Under the pieces are notes generated by a model, which had not been told where the DNA came from, did not search any database, and worked only from the letters and a program-made list of their open reading frames with translations. 64,000 nt of DNA, taken from the IMG/VR virus record IMGVR_UViG_3300031841_005424, positions 14,586-78,585 of that record; one strand, 5' to 3'. Source of the stretch: a virus. The position numbers and the translations under genes were made by a program. Positions 9,806-18,676 of this stretch are shown here, piece by piece (position 1 is the first letter of the stretch; every line of letters starts with the position of its first letter).

Positions 9806-12800
9806 TTATGCTAATAATTTAAACATCTTTCTAACGCTGAAGGTTGAGAACCCCCAATTCGGGTCATACTTTAGTCGTGCCATATATGGACGGTTAATAT
9901 GGACCACGTCTTTGTCAGGGTCAACACCCCAGCATCTTATTGTGTTAGTCTCATTGTTGTCGTCAATAACTTTCACAACAAAGAAACTCTTTCCGTTCTT
10001 TGATTTCTTAAGCTTGCATTCTCTTGGGATAAACCAAGTTACGCCAAGCTCTGGATCATATTCAGAGATGGGTGGAATATAAAGCTCGTTAAGTTTGTTC
10101 CTTACCTCTGGGGTCACCACAGCATTAATGGGGAACACTCCGGTCAGGCTAACCAAATATTCTAGTTTCTCTTCTTCTGTAAAGTCTCCCTCTGGAGCAT
10201 AGGTTACTATGTTTTCTTCTAAGTTCTTTTGCTTCCTAGGCCGGTCGATCACGCATGCGGACCAGAAGTGTCTTAAACCAGTAAACCTATCATCTACAAG
10301 ATCATTCAAAGCCTGTGCCCTACACAGTGCGTCAAGAGCCTTTTTATTCAGCTTAGAGTATCTTACCTCTTCATGAAAGAGAAACTCTTCAATCGTGTTG
10401 AAAGGTCGGTGCTCTATAATCTGCTGAATAGCTACGTCGCCAAGTCCCTTGATTGAAGTTAGAGGCTGGACCAGGGTCTTTCCGTCTTCTGCGATATCCC
10501 ACACAACCCCAGAAGTATTGACGTTTAGTGGCTCCACAGAGTATCCCATAGATTTTGCAGTTGAAATGGCTCGCTCTTTTCTTGTTTCTGGTTCCTTATC
10601 CAAAAAGGCAGCTAGCCACTCTGCAGGATAATAATTCAACAACCAAGCACACTGAAAGGACAGAATACAGTAAGATACAGCGTGAGACTTGTTAAAACCA
10701 TAACCTGAAAAGTATTCAAATTTATTCCATAGCTCTCGAGCTTCATGCGAAGCCATACCCTTCTCAAGGCAACCTTTGTGGAACTTGTCAAAGATCTTAT
10801 CTTTTGCTTCCTGTACTTCTCCCGTGCCCTTCTTGGTGAGGAGCTTTCTAAGTTTATTGCCCTCATCAAGAGAAAGGTTTTTGCCCAACTTGTGAGCCAA
10901 CATAGCGATTTGCTCTTGAAAGATAAGAAAGCCATAAGTCTCTTCTGTTACTTCCCGAACAGTATCATTGAGATAGTCTACCTCATCTGGTTCTTGTTTA
11001 GCTCCAACATACATCTTATCAACACCGGCCGAGAGTGGGCCTGGACGGTAAATGCTGGTAATGGCTGCTAGATCCGTGATGTTGTTTGGTTTCGCGTTCT
11101 TGCAAAAAGATTGTGCTCCTGCCTCTGTGAATTGAAAGATTCCTGCCCACTTTCCAGAATGAAACACATTCCTCCAAACACTCTCATCAGATAGATCAAT
11201 CTTGTCGGGATGAAGATACTCGTCATAAAATTTCTTGATGTGCTCAAAAGTAGGCTTTTCTACATTGTGGTGTCGCCTGAGAATGCGATCAATGGCACCT
11301 TCGACCATCCTAAGGGAAGCCAGGCCAAGAATATCAAACTTAATGAAACCCATTGGCTCGAGATGTCTAACGTTTTGACCTTCGCTCCAAGGAGTCTGTC
11401 GAACACCACCACTGTTGATTAGGGGCATCCATTCGTTCAGGCGCTCTCCGACAACTACACCACCTGCATGACGACTGGCTGATCTTGTTTGACCATAGAG
11501 CGTCTCAACGTGGGTTTTGATGTGTGGATATTTTGTCAAAAACTTCTGCAATGTTTCTGAAAACTCCATCAATTCCTCAAAGGTCGGAGCATACACACCG
11601 GCAGTAATACCGTGCTTCTTCTTGGCAAGTGGTGTCGCTTCATGAACCATTTTGCTTGTTACATTATTGACTTCTGTAAACTCAATGCCATAGAACTTTG
11701 AGATGTCTTTAATAAGAGAACGCAGCTGTAGAGTGTTCCAGTTTGTAATCGGTACAACAGTATCGTCACCCCATTCTTCAATCAAATGTTCTTTAAGGGC
11801 CATTGGGTCCGACACATCGTAATCGATATCTGGATAACCTGTTCCGCCCTTTGTCAAGAATCGCTCAAACTGAAGCCCGTACTTGATTGGATCAACCTGG
11901 GTAATACCTAGGACATAAGATACTAGCGAGCCTGCCGCAGAGCCTCGTCCGGGGCCAGCTAGCTGCTTCTCGACGGCCATGTCAGCAATTGCCTTCATCG
12001 TTAGAAAGTATTTTGAGAATCCACGATCCTCAATGACACCAACCTCATACCTAAGCCTCTCGACATATTCCTGATTGTTCTGCAGACCCAATGCTCGAAG
12101 GCCTTCGACCGAAAGGGCTGCTAAGGTCTGTCCAGCGGTTGATCCCTCTGGAACTACAAAATCTGGTAATCTCACAGTATTATCAGGTAGAAAAGCCTCA
12201 ATCCTGTTGTGAGCTATGTGGTGTGTTCTTTCAATAGATGCTCGAACCAAATTATCATCGTATTCTACACCACAAAGTTCAGAATAGTGCTTGTAACTCT
12301 CCCACATCTGATCGCCGTTCTTTGGGTAAAGTTCATAGCCGATCTCCTCAACTGACACTGGCAGCTCGTCAGAAAGATAGTCTGGCTTGCCCTTTCCTAG
12401 CCAACCTAGACGCTTGTAAAGTTCTCTATCCTTCCAAACACTCTCGTTGTAATAGTGAGAGTCCGCCGTAGAGATAAGCTCAATGCCGAATTCGTGATGC
12501 ATCTGAATAATGTACTGATTAAGTTCATGCTGTTCTGGTACGTTGTTCCACTGAAGTTCTCCGTACCATCTATCGCCAAAGACAGACTGCATCTTTTGGG
12601 TGGTCTCTCTCATCGCATCCAAGATAGCATCAGGGCCATCGTCCCTATTTTCCCAATAGTTTCCAGCATATACGCCGCCGAGACAAGCAGAAGCAGCGAT
12701 GACGCCTTTATTGTACTTCTTGAGTAGCGCATAATCGACACGGGGATATCGATAAAAGTGATCTCCGATATAACTGGTAGAAATCATCTTAAAGATATTT

Positions 12801-13240
12801 TGCAGGCCTTCCTGGTTTTGGGCCAAAAGAATTAGATGCCTTCGACGGTTCAAAATGGACTTCATCTTCTTCTTTGAAGCCTCGTTCTCAACTGTCGTAC
12901 CGGATAAGCCAGCGTCGTATTCTGACTTGTTCTTTGCAGCGGCTTTGACTAACTCATATTCTTTCTTCCAATTTGCGACGGAAGGAATGAAGTACGCCTC
13001 GACGCCAAAAATAGGCTTAAACTCCTTGCCTTCTTTCTGCATCCTCTTTGCATGCAGAACCTGACCTGCAAGACCATTGGCATTTCCGTGGTCCGTGAGA
13101 GCGAGGGCGTCCATCCCGTTGTTAAACGCAAAGTCCATGTGCTCATTCGGATATCCGAGCGCATCAAAGGGAGATCCAGCCACAGAATGTGCGTGGAGCC
13201 CCACAAAAGGAATGCTTGATTTATTTCTTGACTGAGTCAA
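9806..13240 (-). CDS. dnaE: DNA polymerase III alpha subunit (family C, with PHP domain)
   Basis: LHAHS, ALTDHG, GPGRGSAAGSL, PDIDYD, HAGGVV, KFDILGL, FNKSHA; likely TTG start at 13240 after GGAGG (13247-13251). Confidence 0.97.
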   Translation of the reverse strand: MTQSRNKSSIPFVGLHAHSVAGSPFDALGYPNEHMDFAFNNGMDALALTDHGNANGLAGQVLHAKRMQKEGKEFKPIFGVEAYFIPSVANWKKEYELVKAAAKNKSEYDAGLSGTTVENEASKKKMKSILNRRRHLILLAQNQEGLQNIFKMISTSYIGDHFYRYPRVDYALLKKYNKGVIAASACLGGVYAGNYWENRDDGPDAILDAMRETTQKMQSVFGDRWYGELQWNNVPEQHELNQYIIQMHHEFGIELISTADSHYYNESVWKDRELYKRLGWLGKGKPDYLSDELPVSVEEIGYELYPKNGDQMWESYKHYSELCGVEYDDNLVRASIERTHHIAHNRIEAFLPDNTVRLPDFVVPEGSTAGQTLAALSVEGLRALGLQNNQEYVERLRYEVGVIEDRGFSKYFLTMKAIADMAVEKQLAGPGRGSAAGSLVSYVLGITQVDPIKYGLQFERFLTKGGTGYPDIDYDVSDPMALKEHLIEEWGDDTVVPITNWNTLQLRSLIKDISKFYGIEFTEVNNVTSKMVHEATPLAKKKHGITAGVYAPTFEELMEFSETLQKFLTKYPHIKTHVETLYGQTRSASRHAGGVVVGERLNEWMPLINSGGVRQTPWSEGQNVRHLEPMGFIKFDILGLASLRMVEGAIDRILRRHHNVEKPTFEHIKKFYDEYLHPDKIDLSDESVWRNVFHSGKWAGIFQFTEAGAQSFCKNAKPNNITDLAAITSIYRPGPLSAGVDKMYVGAKQEPDEVDYLNDTVREVTEETYGFLIFQEQIAMLAHKLGKNLSLDEGNKLRKLLTKKGTGEVQEAKDKIFDKFHKGCLEKGMASHEARELWNKFEYFSGYGFNKSHAVSYCILSFQCAWLLNYYPAEWLAAFLDKEPETRKERAISTAKSMGYSVEPLNVNTSGVVWDIAEDGKTLVQPLTSIKGLGDVAIQQIIEHRPFNTIEEFLFHEEVRYSKLNKKALDALCRAQALNDLVDDRFTGLRHFWSACVIDRPRKQKNLEENIVTYAPEGDFTEEEKLEYLVSLTGVFPINAVVTPEVRNKLNELYIPPISEYDPELGVTWFIPRECKLKKSKNGKSFFVVKVIDDNNETNTIRCWGVDPDKDVVHINRPYMARLKYDPNWGFSTFSVRKMFKLLA

Positions 13241-13454
13241 TGATTGCCTCCAAATCAGCCTTAATGTACTCAAGGTCTTGTAATAGTGTTTCGTTGTTCT
13301 CTTCGTCTAGATATATCCCAGAACAGAATACCCTAAAAAACAGTTGCTGGTCAAGTGCTAAGTTTCTGAAATGGAACGGCATCTTTGCCGAGTCCTTTAG
13401 ATAATAGGGAACACTGTCATACAACTCTTCGATATTTGCATCTTTTAATCTCAA
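13221..13454 (-). CDS. Hypothetical protein
   Basis: 77 aa, overlaps the dnaE start. Confidence 0.6.
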   Translation of the reverse strand: MRLKDANIEELYDSVPYYLKDSAKMPFHFRNLALDQQLFFRVFCSGIYLDEENNETLLQDLEYIKADLEAIIDSVKK

Positions 13455-13463
13455 TGTTGTCTC

Positions 13464-14297
13464 CTAAATTGTAAATGGTTTTGCCATCGTTTTTGGCATT
13501 TTCTTTATGTTTAAATCTGATTTATAAAAATTCTTTAACGAATCCCATGAGTCTAAATCATGGTACTCACTTATCTCGAGCTTTTTATCTATTACTATTT
13601 TATCATTCTTGAATATTTTGTCAAGCGTAAAATTCTTTGCAGACCATCTTTCTGCTAACGGTATGTTTTTGTTTCCACCTGTGTTCTCTCTGTTGATATT
13701 TCTCCTAAACTCGAGCCAATCCTCTGGTGTAAAACTAAATGGTAAATATAAATTGTCTCTTACCGTTTTTCCTTCATATGAGCCATAGCACTTCTTCCCA
13801 GCTCGGATGTCTGCCCTTATAGACTTCAATGATTTTACGTCATATATGCCATAGGGGAAAGAAACATAATAACTAGTCGGCGCAACCCATCTAGAAATCT
13901 TCTTTGAGACTATAAATGCGGTTAGGGCTCCATGCAAAACAGACCACCCTAGAGTATCTTTTCTGTTTCTATCTCTCTGGAGAACCGGCGCATAGAAAAC
14001 CGGTATATATTCTTTTGATAGGTGCGGGATTCTTTTATAGCCCCAGCTGGCATATATGTCTGGGTTTAGTACATAATCTCCTATTCTTTTCTTAATAAGA
14101 GGAGCGGAGTCATCATTGCAAATAATCCAGATTGAGTTGCACTTCATGACTGCACATTCATAAACAGAACGCTCAATGGCCGTCATACCCTCTCCCAGAG
14201 GCTGAAGACAGTCTGGCCATGGTAGATCCAGCATATCACTTCTACCTGTGATAGGAATTATGCCTGCTAAATTTCTACCTGCTGGTGCAGTGTTCAT
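13464..14297 (-). CDS. Nucleotidyltransferase-like (GT-A/NTP-transferase fold) protein
   Basis: LAGIIPITG...PDCLQPLG...AIERSV...IWIIC N-terminus resembles sugar-phosphate nucleotidyltransferases; C-terminal HDLDSW. Confidence 0.6.
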   Translation of the reverse strand: MNTAPAGRNLAGIIPITGRSDMLDLPWPDCLQPLGEGMTAIERSVYECAVMKCNSIWIICNDDSAPLIKKRIGDYVLNPDIYASWGYKRIPHLSKEYIPVFYAPVLQRDRNRKDTLGWSVLHGALTAFIVSKKISRWVAPTSYYVSFPYGIYDVKSLKSIRADIRAGKKCYGSYEGKTVRDNLYLPFSFTPEDWLEFRRNINRENTGGNKNIPLAERWSAKNFTLDKIFKNDKIVIDKKLEISEYHDLDSWDSLKNFYKSDLNIKKMPKTMAKPFTI

Positions 14298-15066
14298 TTA
14301 ATATTTCCTGTATACTCAAAGACATAAACTTTACTTTCTCAGTGCTTTCAAATACGTTTTTGTCTATAGGTATTACGTATCTTTTGATATGTTGCACTGT
14401 TGGTTTTTTATAAATGTCTGTGCCGTTCTTATATTTTCCTTTTTCTTTTAGTCCTTTAAATCCCATATCTTTAATAAGCTTTCTTAACTTGAATAAAACT
14501 ATTGTATCAGAATAGTCGAAATCTTGCAACTGTTCTTGCCTCAGATTTGAGACGGTGACTACATCTGTGACCCACTTGGCGCCATCGATTCTCATAGAGT
14601 TGTAAAAATATGCTTGATTTAGTAGATTGTCCGAAGTTTGAACTGGATCTATGTGGGTTGTGTTTCTACCCATTCTGGATACTTTGAAATCATCTACGAC
14701 CATGTAAGAATTTTCAAAGTGTTCTATTATTTTGTTTTCATGTACTACGTTCAAGGTTTCAAAGATATAACACCTTTCAAACTCAAATCTACACAAAAGA
14801 TTATCACCAAACAGGCTGATAGTTTTGTCTTCTATCCTTATTTGCTTTACATCTTGGTAATCTAGGCCTTTTGCAAGGAGACCTAAGTGGAGTTTTATCT
14901 TTTGCCAGATTTGCTTTTTGTTTGTTGTACCAAATAAAGCAAAGTCATTATATTCTTCGAAAAAATAAGGCAGGTTGGGAGCACTCTGGATATGATAATG
15001 TCCGTTGAGATAAGCATAAAGTACTGATTCTACAGAGTGTCCTATGACGACATTCTCTAAAAACAC
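14275..15066 (-). CDS. Hypothetical protein with degenerate Rossmann-like N-terminus
   Basis: NVVIGHSVESVLYAY beta-alpha start; overlaps both neighbours. Confidence 0.55.
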   Translation of the reverse strand: MFLENVVIGHSVESVLYAYLNGHYHIQSAPNLPYFFEEYNDFALFGTTNKKQIWQKIKLHLGLLAKGLDYQDVKQIRIEDKTISLFGDNLLCRFEFERCYIFETLNVVHENKIIEHFENSYMVVDDFKVSRMGRNTTHIDPVQTSDNLLNQAYFYNSMRIDGAKWVTDVVTVSNLRQEQLQDFDYSDTIVLFKLRKLIKDMGFKGLKEKGKYKNGTDIYKKPTVQHIKRYVIPIDKNVFESTEKVKFMSLSIQEILNEHCTSR

Positions 15067-17270
15067 ATCTTCATCTCATCAAAGGAGGCAGGAATATACC
15101 CCACTTCATAATCACGATCAGGAAAACTCATCAGCGCAGCTGCTTGCTCTTCGCGATTGGGGGCGCAAACTTGGTCTAATATCGTCATCAAGTTGTCGTA
15201 CATCTGTTGGGCATTCGAAGTAAGATTAAAATTATTTCCTCCTGATGCGAGAGCTATTTCATCCCAACCGTAAAAAGCCAAGGCGAAAGTATATAGGGTC
15301 GTATTTGGAGACGCAGCAACAGCGGCTCGAACATCCCCCACCTGAAACCTAGGTCTCATGTAAGACTGCTCGTCCTCATCAGAAAAAACAATAATGATTC
15401 TATCCGTATTAGGTCGCCAGTTTAAAATAAAGTCGTCTTTCGGTGGCTCCGAGCCTGTACCTGGAGACCATTCTCTTTCGTTTAGTGCGACATGGCCGGG
15501 TGCCAAGTTCCTCAAAGATAACATCACCGCGTCCATTAACATCTCCATTCCGCCATCAATCTCCTCTGTATTAATGCCCATGAAAGTATTAAAGAACTGA
15601 TCAAATGGAGCAATATCCGAGATAAGGCGCAATAACTCGAACTCTGAACCCGGAAAGTCTGGGTGATCTACCCTTACTGGACCCAGGATGAGACCCCAAT
15701 GAATGATATCTTCAGCCGCAAAGTGCTGACCGAAACGAGATAAAGCTGACGTCACTGCTCTGATCTCTGCATCCATGGATCCGCTAGTGTCAATGATTAG
15801 CAAAATATCTGTTTGTCTCATTTCTTCGCCAAAATCTGTTTGTCCGTCGCAATCATCATCTGCACCATTACAAATCTCCTGTTGTGGTACGGTCTCACCA
15901 GCACAAAGATCTTGAACCCACTCTCCATCTTCGGGTGCAGCTCCCCATCTCCCTTCTTGGCAAGTTTGTTCACCAGGAGCACAAATACCCACACCTAAAG
16001 TATCTCTAGGGCCAGTATAACAAGCCTGCGACAAGCCTTCATCTATCACCTGATCGCAATCTTCATCAAAATTGTTGCAAATCTCTGAAGGGTTTGGCTG
16101 TCCTACGCGGGGATCACAATCTTCTGGTACTTCGGGAAAGTGGGAGCAGAGCGCTCTGCACTCGCCCATTTGTAGTAGGGTACAATCAACATCCAAGCAT
16201 TCACAAGTCTTAAAGCCAACGCCGCAAAGTAAAGGCTCTTCGGTGCAAGGCACCAAAACGCCAACCTGATCGGGCGTACAATCGCATTCTATTTCTTCAT
16301 CGGGGGCACCGTCACAATCATTATCCAAACCGTCACACACCTCGTCTTGTGGTTGTCTGGCTGTGCATCCGGCCCATTGAGCGCCCAAGCACACCTCAAC
16401 ACCTCTCTCGCAAATAGTCTCACATTCCCTTACTAGGTTTTCGTCTGTTGCCTCGTCACAATCATTATCTATTCCATCGCATACCTCTTCTGGTAGTTCT
16501 CCGCATAAATCACAACGGTTTCGCTGCCCTTCATCGATATCACCATCGCAATCATCGTCGATAAAGTTACAAATATCCTCACTAGGTTCGCGATTAACAC
16601 AATCTACAACTACACCGTCCCTACAAAGTGCAACGCCGGGGCCACACTCATCTTCACACAAAACCGGATCTTCATCGATCAATTCATCGCAATCGTCATC
16701 TTCTCCATTACAAACTTCTTGTTCTCCACAATCAGTACAAGGACCATGAACAATATTCCCTTTATCACACAATACCCTTTGTCTACCTTGTCTGCCATCC
16801 TCTAGTTGGCACTCGAACCAACGCAAAAAATCCCGCGAAGAACCCGGTGGGCAATTGTGCGTAATAACACACTCACTACGATATATAATACTTGGAGGAG
16901 GACACTCTGGGTCCACACCAAACTCACAAGGCTCTTGTTGGTCTCCGCAAATATCAATAACAACCTGCATTGAAGAAATCTCTGTTCCTCCGCTGGGTGG
17001 ACAATACCATTCCTGAGTTGAGCAACATTCAGGCCGGCAAGTGCAGTACCTTTCATGGTCTAAGTTTGTAACCACGTCACAAGGCGTTAGAGATTGATCT
17101 GGTGTTCCCAAGTCTTGGGGCACAATAAACGCATAGTCAGGACCGGCATCTTTTAGCAATGCGTCCCTTCCGGAACCTATAGACGTGTCTTGTGTTATCA
17201 GCTGTTGATTTGGCGGATCATCAGAACACCCCCACAGCACAAACGCCGATAAAATAATGATTTTCTTCAT
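15057..17270 (-). CDS. Lipoprotein with MopE-type Cys/Asp repeats and a C-terminal VWA domain
   Basis: MKKIIILSAFVLWGC lipobox; six E-x-C-[DN]-x-x-D-[NDE]-D-C-D-x(3)-D repeats; MIDAS IDTSGSM and VFSDED. Confidence 0.85.
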   Translation of the reverse strand: MKKIIILSAFVLWGCSDDPPNQQLITQDTSIGSGRDALLKDAGPDYAFIVPQDLGTPDQSLTPCDVVTNLDHERYCTCRPECCSTQEWYCPPSGGTEISSMQVVIDICGDQQEPCEFGVDPECPPPSIIYRSECVITHNCPPGSSRDFLRWFECQLEDGRQGRQRVLCDKGNIVHGPCTDCGEQEVCNGEDDDCDELIDEDPVLCEDECGPGVALCRDGVVVDCVNREPSEDICNFIDDDCDGDIDEGQRNRCDLCGELPEEVCDGIDNDCDEATDENLVRECETICERGVEVCLGAQWAGCTARQPQDEVCDGLDNDCDGAPDEEIECDCTPDQVGVLVPCTEEPLLCGVGFKTCECLDVDCTLLQMGECRALCSHFPEVPEDCDPRVGQPNPSEICNNFDEDCDQVIDEGLSQACYTGPRDTLGVGICAPGEQTCQEGRWGAAPEDGEWVQDLCAGETVPQQEICNGADDDCDGQTDFGEEMRQTDILLIIDTSGSMDAEIRAVTSALSRFGQHFAAEDIIHWGLILGPVRVDHPDFPGSEFELLRLISDIAPFDQFFNTFMGINTEEIDGGMEMLMDAVMLSLRNLAPGHVALNEREWSPGTGSEPPKDDFILNWRPNTDRIIIVFSDEDEQSYMRPRFQVGDVRAAVAASPNTTLYTFALAFYGWDEIALASGGNNFNLTSNAQQMYDNLMTILDQVCAPNREEQAAALMSFPDRDYEVGYIPASFDEMKMCF

Positions 17271-17322
17271 CTCTATTCCTTTGATTTTGTAGTGAATTTG
17301 GAACTGCTGCACATTGTATCTG

Positions 17323-18027
17323 TTATTCCAAGTTATATTTTCTCATATAAGCTGCCACAGACTCAGGAAAGTGCTCTTTCGCAATCTGAAGGCATGCCTT
17401 TGCAACTTGCTGTATCTCCCATTGGGCGCCCTCATGCATTCTTAAGCCAACAAACTTCAGCAAATTGTGCAGGTTTACAGTTCCATAGTACTGAGTATAC
17501 AAGTTCTGAGGTAATACCCCTCTTGCTTGCTCTCGGCAAACTCCAGATTTCAAAAGGGCTTCATACAGACTAATGCTTCGAGAGTGATGCATCCTTACAG
17601 CCTCTGAGGCCTTTTCAAACCCAATGGACATATAAGAAGAGTCAAGAATTGGGTTCACCATCTCATCATTACTTGCCTGTCTGTTGCTCTTGTGCTGGGT
17701 TCTAAACCCTTGAGGACTATAAAAATCCATATCAACAGAAGTATATCGCCTACTGATCTCATTATAGGCCCAGGTTCTGTGTCGGTGGTGCTGTGATCTT
17801 ATGAAAAGAGGAACCACAAAGCGCATTGTAACAGAACAATGCTCAAATGGACTGCTGTGGTTATGCTCCATGAGATAGTTAATGAGCTTAATATCTTTTT
17901 GATCAATTTCATTCTTTTCGGTCCCAAAACTCACTCGGGCTGCATTGACGACTGTTAAGTCGCTGCCCATATGAGATATATATTCTACAGAACCAATATT
18001 GTCTCCAAAAAGATCAATTCTCATCAA
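17323..18027 (-). CDS. thyX: Flavin-dependent thymidylate synthase
   Basis: HSSPFEH, QHHRHR...NEISRRY, EQARGVLP, AQWEI. Confidence 0.97.
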   Translation of the reverse strand: MMRIDLFGDNIGSVEYISHMGSDLTVVNAARVSFGTEKNEIDQKDIKLINYLMEHNHSSPFEHCSVTMRFVVPLFIRSQHHRHRTWAYNEISRRYTSVDMDFYSPQGFRTQHKSNRQASNDEMVNPILDSSYMSIGFEKASEAVRMHHSRSISLYEALLKSGVCREQARGVLPQNLYTQYYGTVNLHNLLKFVGLRMHEGAQWEIQQVAKACLQIAKEHFPESVAAYMRKYNLE

Positions 18028-18349
18028 TCCCTCGCATAATACCTACAACATAATTCTCCAAAACTGTATAATAAGATTTGTCTTTAACAACAACCTCTTC
18101 GATCATTGAGGCGTCGACAACAATAACTCGTGATGTCGAAGCGGATCCTCTCAGCTGTCGCATTGCAGAAGAACAGTCTGCTGCAACATCTACAACTGTA
18201 GCCGTGACATAACGTGCTTCTTCTGGTTCAAAACCATCAGGTAGGATGACCCCGCTAGGGGTTGTGTTGTCTGTGTCCTTAGTGCCGGAATGCGGTACGA
18301 TAGTCAAGTGGCGATTAACTGGTTTAAGTACAGGTGGGATTTTAAACAT
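18014..18349 (-). CDS. groES: Co-chaperonin GroES-like
   Basis: LKPVNRHL, mobile loop TTPSGVILPD, C-terminal YTVLENYVVG. Confidence 0.75.
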   Translation of the reverse strand: MFKIPPVLKPVNRHLTIVPHSGTKDTDNTTPSGVILPDGFEPEEARYVTATVVDVAADCSSAMRQLRGSASTSRVIVVDASMIEEVVVKDKSYYTVLENYVVGIMRGIDEN

Positions 18350-18611
18350 TGATGGTACCTACCGCTCTCTTAAGCTTGTTGAAATAATCAGTCAGCTGCT
18401 CCATATCTGTGTCTGACTTTACGAGTCTATAGGCTTTTACAGCGAGGCGCATCTCTTCCTTGGAAAGCCAACCATTATCGTTATAGGATTCACGAAGGTC
18501 CCTTCGTTGCTCCTTAAAAGGCTCCATTGCATCTTCGATTGCGGCGAACTCCTTCACAAAATTAGAAAGGTGCTCTTCTGTTGTTAACAACTTTTCATTA
18601 TCAGAACTCAT
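18342..18611 (-). CDS. GapR/DUF2312-like (T4 DsbA-like) dsDNA-binding protein
   Basis: LSNFVKEFAAIEDAMEPFKEQRRDLRESY...MRLAVK pattern and size. Confidence 0.55.
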   Translation of the reverse strand: MSSDNEKLLTTEEHLSNFVKEFAAIEDAMEPFKEQRRDLRESYNDNGWLSKEEMRLAVKAYRLVKSDTDMEQLTDYFNKLKRAVGTINV

Positions 18612-18641
18612 GTTTTCTCCTTTATTTTAAGTTCTATATAA

Positions 18642-18670
18642 ATAATAGTTCATTGTATCATGTTTGTCAA
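18642..18670 (-). promoter_or_regulatory. sigma70-like promoter
   Basis: TTGACA-17-TATTAT. Confidence 0.8.
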
Positions 18671-18676
18671 TAGCTT

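Noticed and set aside
13241-13273. ORF-track start of dnaE at 13273 (similarly 17312, 8773, 51197, 60501, 33859)
   Set aside because: Downstream starts with better SD sites or coupling exist; the extensions mostly overlap upstream genes
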